In this document: positions 59,618 to 64,000 of the stretch, one piece after another | How positions within the stretch are numbered: the stretch's first letter is position 1 | Layout: every line of letters begins with the position of its first letter | Made by a program: the position numbers and the translations under genes | The notes under the pieces: generated by a model | The model's input: only the letters and a program-made list of their open reading frames with translations | Databases searched by the model: none | Told to the model about the DNA's origin: nothing | Source of the DNA: an uncultured delta proteobacterium | GTDB taxonomy: Bacteria; Desulfobacterota; Desulfobaccia; Desulfobaccales; 0-14-0-80-60-11 | NCBI GenBank assembly: GCA_963797235.1 | Contig: CAWCOX010000006.1 | Coordinates: 191,668-255,667 of the forward strand | DNA length: 64,000 bases | Reading direction: 5' to 3'

Positions 59618-62057
59618 AGAACCGGGCGGCACCATCCGCCACATCTTCGGCCTGGAGCGCCTGCGCTCCCGCCTGCCCCGCTCACTAAGCAAGTTGGCGC
59701 CGCCCACCTGGGATGAACGGCTCATCAAAGTGGCTCTGCTCCTGGTCCTGAGCCTCGGCCTGGCCTTCGTGCTGGCGCCCAGGACCTCCACCACCTCCCG
59801 GCAGTACCATGTGGGGGATATCGCCCGGGAGAACGTCAAGGCCACCGGCGAGTTCCTGGTGGAGGACGTGCAGACTACCGCGCAGCGCCAGCAGGAACTC
59901 CTGGCCCAGACCCCGCCGGTCTTCGACCTGGAAGAGCAGATGGCCGACAAGGTGCAGCAGCGCCTCCAGAAGGCCATGGACTACATGCGCCGTCTTTCCC
60001 AGGAAAACGCCGGCATTGAGCGGCCGACCGCCGACGCCAAGGCCAAGCCCAAGGCCAAGGCCAGGCCCAAACCGGCCGGCCCTCACAAGGTGTTCATGGA
60101 GCATAAGGCGGAGTTTGACAAGCTCCTGGGGGTGTCCATCCCCAATCCCACCTTTCAGCTCCTGGTCAAGGGGGATTTCTCCCCTTACCTGGAGGCCATG
60201 ACCAGTCAGGTTTTAACCCAATTTTTCAATCAGGGAGTGGTCAGCAGCCGCAACGTCCTGCAGCCGCCTCCCAAGGAACTCGTGGTGCGGCGCCTGCCCT
60301 CCAAGAAGGAAAAGCTGGAACGGGCACCCTTCCCCTTCCTGGAGATCGATGAGGGGCGCAAATCCGCCGCGGGTTATTGCCGGGAGAACGCCGTGGAGGT
60401 TTCCCCGGCGGATCGTTGGGTGGTCTGCGACCTGACCCAGTATCTGCTGGTTCCCAACGTCTCGCCCAACTGGGCCGAAACCCAGGAACGCCAGCAGGCC
60501 AAGCTGAAGGAATTGCAGCCGGTCTACTTCAAGGTCAAACGGGGCGAGATGCTCATCCGGGAAGGCGAGCCCATCACCGCCCTGCACCTGGCGCAACTGC
60601 ATGCCCAGAGCATGCTCTACCCCCGCAGCCGGGCCGTGATGATCTTTCTGGGCATATTTTTCTGCCTGGTGGTGCTGCTGTCGGTGTTTTATCAGCTGGC
60701 CAGCCTCTCCCTGCGGAATTTCTCCCAGCGCCCCCGGGACCTGGCTTTTCTGGCCGCCTTGCTGCTCACCAGCGCCCTGGCGAATAAATTTCTCCTATTT
60801 CTAGGTGACCACCTGGCTCGGAACTTGCCGGCGGTGGGCCTCAACCTGGTCTATCTGCTGCCCCTGGGCCTGCCCGCCATCTTCGCCGCCATGTTCCTGG
60901 GCCTGGAAACCGGCGTAGGCGTAGCCTTTCTCAACGCCACCTTCACCGCCCTGATGGTGCCCCGGCCCTTCCCCTTATTCCTCTATTTTGTCATCGGCGG
61001 TCTGGTAGCGGTCTGGGGCGTCAAAAACAGCCGCCGCCGCAACTCCCTGATCAAGGCCGGCCTGGACATCAGCCTGGCCAACATTTGTCTTCTGGCGGCC
61101 TTCAAGATGCTGGAATATCCCTTCGCCTGGCGGGATTTACTCGATGGCGAGGTCTTCGCCCTCTTCGGAGGCCTGCTCACCGGCATCCTGGCCTTGGGCT
61201 TAACCCCCATCATGGAGGCGACCTTCCGCTATTCTTCCAACATCCGCCTCCTGGAACTCCTGAACCTGGACCAGCCGATCCTCCGGGAATTTATGCTGGT
61301 GACCCCGGGCACCTACCACCATTCCCTGGTGGTGGGCCAGATGGTGGAGGCCGCCGCCGAGACCATCGGCGCCAACCCCATGCTGGCCAAGGCCGCGGCT
61401 TACTACCACGACGTCGGCAAGATCAAGAAGCCGGTCTATTTCGTGGAAAACCAGATGGCCGGGGAAAACAAGCACGAAAAGCTGGCCCCGTCCATGAGCA
61501 GCCTGATCCTCATCGCCCACGTCAAGGACGGAGTGGAACTGGCCCGGAAACACCATCTGGGCGAGGCCATCGTCGACATCATCCGCCAGCACCACGGCAC
61601 CAGCTTCATCAGCTATTTTTATCACAAGGCCAAGGCCCAGGCCGCCAATCCCCAGCAGGTGAACATCGAGGACTATCGCTATCCCGGTCCCCGGCCCCAA
61701 ACCAAGGAAGCCGGCCTGGTGCTCCTGGCGGACCAGGTGGAGGCCGCCTCCAAAACCCTGACCGAGCCCACCCCGGCCCGCATCCAGGGACTGGTGCAGA
61801 AGATCATCAACAACGTCTTCGCCGACGGCCAGTTGGACGAATGCGAACTGACCCTGAAAGACCTGCACCACATCGCCAAGAGCTTCCACAAGATCCTGGG
61901 GGGCATCTTCCACCAGCGTATCCAATACCCCCAGTCCGCCGAAAAGAAAAAGAGCAATGAAGATCTGGATAAGCAACCGCCAAAGAAAAACGGCCATAAA
62001 CCCGGAGAGGGTCAGGAAAAGAGCCGGGAAGATCTTAAGCGCCTTGGGATGGTCTGA
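59607..62057 (+). CDS. 7TM-receptor HD/HDIG phosphohydrolase (YqfF-like)
   Basis: Extracellular domain, 7 TM helices, then HHSLVVG...YYHDVGK...HHGT. GTG 59607 overlaps the phoH stop. The track ORF 5' part lies inside phoH. Confidence 0.85.
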
Positions 62058-62445
62058 GGCCGAACTGAGCCTCACCCTGCTGGGCGACCGGGCCATGGCC
62101 CGCCTCAACCGGGAGACCTTCGGCCGCCGGGGTCCCACCAACGTCATCTCCTTCCCTATGGATGGAGAACAGGCGCCCTCGCCGGTTCATTTACAGCCGA
62201 GGGCGGCTGTTCCACATCCCTCGCCCCTCTTGGGCGAAGTGGCCATCTCCATCGAAACCACCCGCCGCCAGGCCAAAGAATTCGGCTGGCCCTGGCAGGA
62301 ACTCTTCGACTTTTTCCTCATTCACGGTATATTACATCTGATGGGCTACGACCACGGCGCCCCCGGGGAAGAAACGGCCATGACCGCCAAAACCTGGGAG
62401 CTGATGAAACTGCTGCATCCCAAAATAGTAGTCAGTGGCCAGTAG
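61957..62445 (+). CDS. ybeY: rRNA maturation endoribonuclease YbeY (contains an in-frame repeat insertion)
   Basis: GPTNVISFP and HGILHLMGYDH. About 16 extra residues (QAPSPVHLQPRAAVPHP) are encoded by a REP-like element. Confidence 0.9.
   Translation: MKIWISNRQRKTAINPERVRKRAGKILSALGWSEAELSLTLLGDRAMARLNRETFGRRGPTNVISFPMDGEQAPSPVHLQPRAAVPHPSPLLGEVAISIETTRRQAKEFGWPWQELFDFFLIHGILHLMGYDHGAPGEETAMTAKTWELMKLLHPKIVVSGQ
62171..62217. repeat. degenerate family R1 element embedded in frame in ybeY
   Basis: AGGCGCCCTCGCCGGTTCATTTACAGCCGAGGGCGGCTGTTCCACAT aligns with 6952-6999. Confidence 0.7.
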
Positions 62446-62459
62446 TCAGTTGCCAGTAA
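62425..62459. repeat. tandem heptamer array x5 containing the ybeY stop codon
   Basis: ATAGTAG TCAGTGG CCAGTAG TCAGTTG CCAGTAA. It shares AGTGGCCAGTAGTCAGT with 2113-2147. Confidence 0.85.
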
Positions 62460-62521
62460 AAGCTTTCTTAAACTGTGAGGTTGCATTTGAAAATGCAGCC
62501 GATAGCTTTACCGCGAAAAAA

Positions 62522-62606
62522 CAAAATCCCCCTGCCCCCCTTTTTCAAAGGGGGACTTAAACCCCCCTTTGAAAAAGGGGGGCAGGGGGGATTTGAAATT
62601 TGCTTG
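62522..62606. repeat. composite palindromic element, family R4 (copy C)
   Basis: CAAAATCCCCCTGCCCCCCTTTTTCAAAGGGGGACTTAAACCCCCCTTTGAAAAAGGGGGGCAGGGGGGATTTGAAATTTGC. Confidence 0.85.
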
Positions 62607-62635
62607 ACTTATTAGTTCGCCAGCCGAAGATCAAA

Positions 62636-62663
62636 GCTGACCACTGGCTACTGACTACTGAAA
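62636..62663. repeat. tandem heptamer array x4, inverted relative to 62425-62459
   Basis: GCTGACC ACTGGCT ACTGACT ACTGAAA, followed by RBS GGAGA for pdxJ. Confidence 0.85.
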
Positions 62664-62675
62664 GGAGACACCGGC

Positions 62676-63392
62676 GTGCCTCGACTGGAAGTGAACGTTG
62701 ACCATATTGCCACCCTGCGGCAGGCCCGGCTCATTGACGAACCCGACCCGGTGACCGCCGCTGCCCTGGCGGAGCTGGCCGGGGCCGACGGCATCATCGT
62801 GCACCTCAGGGAAGACCGGCGCCATATCCAGGACCGGGATTTGCGGCTGCTGCGCCAGACCATCAAGACCCGCCTCAACCTGGAAATGGCCGCCACCCAG
62901 GAGATGCTGGAGATCTCCACCGAGGTGAAGCCCGACCTGGTGACCCTGGTGCCGGAGCAGCGCCAGGAACTCACCACCGAAGGCGGCCTGGAAGTGGCGG
63001 GCAACCGGGCCTTTTTGAAGGATTACCTCCGGCAACTGCAAGCTGGGGGCCTCAGGGTCAGCCTCTTCGTGGACCCGGTAACCCCCCAGATCGACGCGGC
63101 CAAGGAAGTGGGGGCCGAATGGGTGGAATTGCACACCGGCGCCTATGCCGACGCCCCCAGCCGGCACGAAGCCACCCAACTCTTCCAGGAATTGCTCAAC
63201 GCCGCCCGGCACGCCCGGAGCCTCGGCCTCAAGGTGAAATGCGGCCACGGCCTCAACTATCGCAATATCAAACCCTTCCGGGGCCGGGAGGAATTCGCCG
63301 AATATTCCATCGGCCACGCCATCATGGCCCGGGCCATCCTGGTGGGGCTCGAACGGGCCGTCCGGGAGATGATCGAGCTGATCCGGGGCTAA
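62676..63392 (+). CDS. pdxJ: pyridoxine 5'-phosphate synthase
   Basis: [24 protein letters not shown] and GHGLNY. GTG start after AAGGAGA. Confidence 0.95.
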   Translation: MPRLEVNVDHIATLRQARLIDEPDPVTAAALAELAGADGIIVHLREDRRHIQDRDLRLLRQTIKTRLNLEMAATQEMLEISTEVKPDLVTLVPEQRQELTTEGGLEVAGNRAFLKDYLRQLQAGGLRVSLFVDPVTPQIDAAKEVGAEWVELHTGAYADAPSRHEATQLFQELLNAARHARSLGLKVKCGHGLNYRNIKPFRGREEFAEYSIGHAIMARAILVGLERAVREMIELIRG

Positions 63393-63400
63393 ATTTTCAT

Positions 63401-63586
63401 AGTGGCACAGGCTTCCAGCCTGTGTGTCTCACAGGCCGGAGGCCTGTGCCACTAAGATTGCAGCTCCATGGTGGGGCGGGCGTCTCGCCCGCCATCGGTG
63501 TAGGGTGCGCACTGCGCACCATTATTCAACGACCGGTCGCACAGGCGTCTCGCCTGTTTACTAATAGAAGGTGCGCAGTGCGCACC
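63401..63586. repeat. cluster of at least five REP-like hairpins (R2 double hairpin plus four R3-type)
   Basis: AGTGGCACAGGCTTCCAGCCTGTGTGTCTCACAGGCCGGAGGCCTGTGCCACT; GGTGGGGCGGGCGTCTCGCCCGCCAT; GTAGGGTGCGCACTGCGCACC; GCACAGGCGTCTCGCCTGT; GGTGCGCAGTGCGCACC. Confidence 0.85.
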
Positions 63587-63607
63587 CTGCACGGAAATAG
63601 ACGAAAT

Positions 63608-64000
63608 ATGGCAGCAAAGGACAAACCCGACCGGGAGAACCTGAAAGGCCTCGCCTTCGGCATGGTCAGCGATCTCAGCCGGCTCATGGCGGATCACGGC
63701 CTGGCCGACCGGCCCATCGACCTGGTGGAGGCCCTGGCCTTTGCCATGTTTATCGTGGCCGACACCTATTCCCTGGCCAAATGCGACCAGGATCAGGCCA
63801 TCGCCGTAATCCACGGGTTTTATGATGAGGTGCAGGATTATTTCATCAAGCAGATCATTATTAAGGACCGCCGGATTGCCGAGGCCGACGAGATTCAGGC
63901 CCTGGCCGCTAAATTTCACGACCTCAGCCGCCGCCGCTTTGAGGAGTATGGGAAACGATTCAAACAGGACGTTCTGGACCCCATGTCCATGTCCTGCCCG
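63608..64000 (+). CDS. hypothetical protein (5' part; runs off window end)
   Basis: Own translation from ATG 63608: MAAKDKPDRENLKGLAFGMVSDLSRLMADHGLADRPIDLVEALAFAMFIVADTYSL..., open to the window end with host-like codon bias. Preferred over antisense ORF 63452-63919, which runs through REP hairpins. Confidence 0.5.
   Translation, partial: MAAKDKPDRENLKGLAFGMVSDLSRLMADHGLADRPIDLVEALAFAMFIVADTYSLAKCDQDQAIAVIHGFYDEVQDYFIKQIIIKDRRIAEADEIQALAAKFHDLSRRRFEEYGKRFKQDVLDPMSMSCP

Noticed and set aside
63452-63919. 155-aa minus-strand ORF
   Set aside because: Its C-terminal third is a translation of the REP hairpin cluster. The plus-strand frame from ATG 63608 has better codon bias and stays open to the window end.

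Overview
This is a 64-kb chromosomal segment from a high-G+C diderm bacterium. The gene content (COG1900 homocysteine-type sulfurtransferase, HGD-type dehydratase with activase, LarB/LarE, LpxI, split ArnA) suggests an anaerobe of deltaproteobacterial/Desulfobacterota type. The taxon cannot be fixed from the sequence alone. Most of the window is housekeeping. The plus-strand genes include rpsU-yqeY-mutS2-dnaG-rpoD, tRNA-Met(CAT), Nif3/zinc-ribbon/RNase H, rnpB, arnC/arnA(split)/arnD-ispD-ispF, ddl, mpl and phoH-(7TM-HD)-ybeY-pdxJ. A long minus-strand envelope operon runs lysS-lolC-lolD-bamA-skp-lpxD-fabZ-lpxA-lpxI. The only clear accessory DNA is a roughly 2.1-kb low-G+C island between the rnpB terminator and arnC, carrying a beta-class (SPPY) DNA methyltransferase and a PD-(D/E)XK nuclease candidate. 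Other candidates for follow-up are a minus-strand cluster of sulfur-insertion and pincer-cofactor-like genes (PP-loop ATPase, larE, COG1900, B12-radical SAM, larB); an HGD-D/activase/kinase trio; an internally deleted higB with intact higA; a marC N-terminal remnant; and a roughly 420-bp AT-rich tract fused to the 3' end of mpl. The least explained signal is non-genic. Nearly every intergenic region carries short tandem 7-8-nt arrays (about 23 arrays, several as inverted pairs, several abutting start or stop codons). Several hairpin/REP- or MITE-like families are also present, with copies embedded in frame in ybeY and in a kinase gene. About 20 single-nucleotide indels, nearly all at mononucleotide runs, break or locally scramble genes including essential ones (rpoD, lysS, bamA). 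Assembly error is therefore more likely than true pseudogenisation. No CRISPR array, integrase, transposase or rRNA was found.
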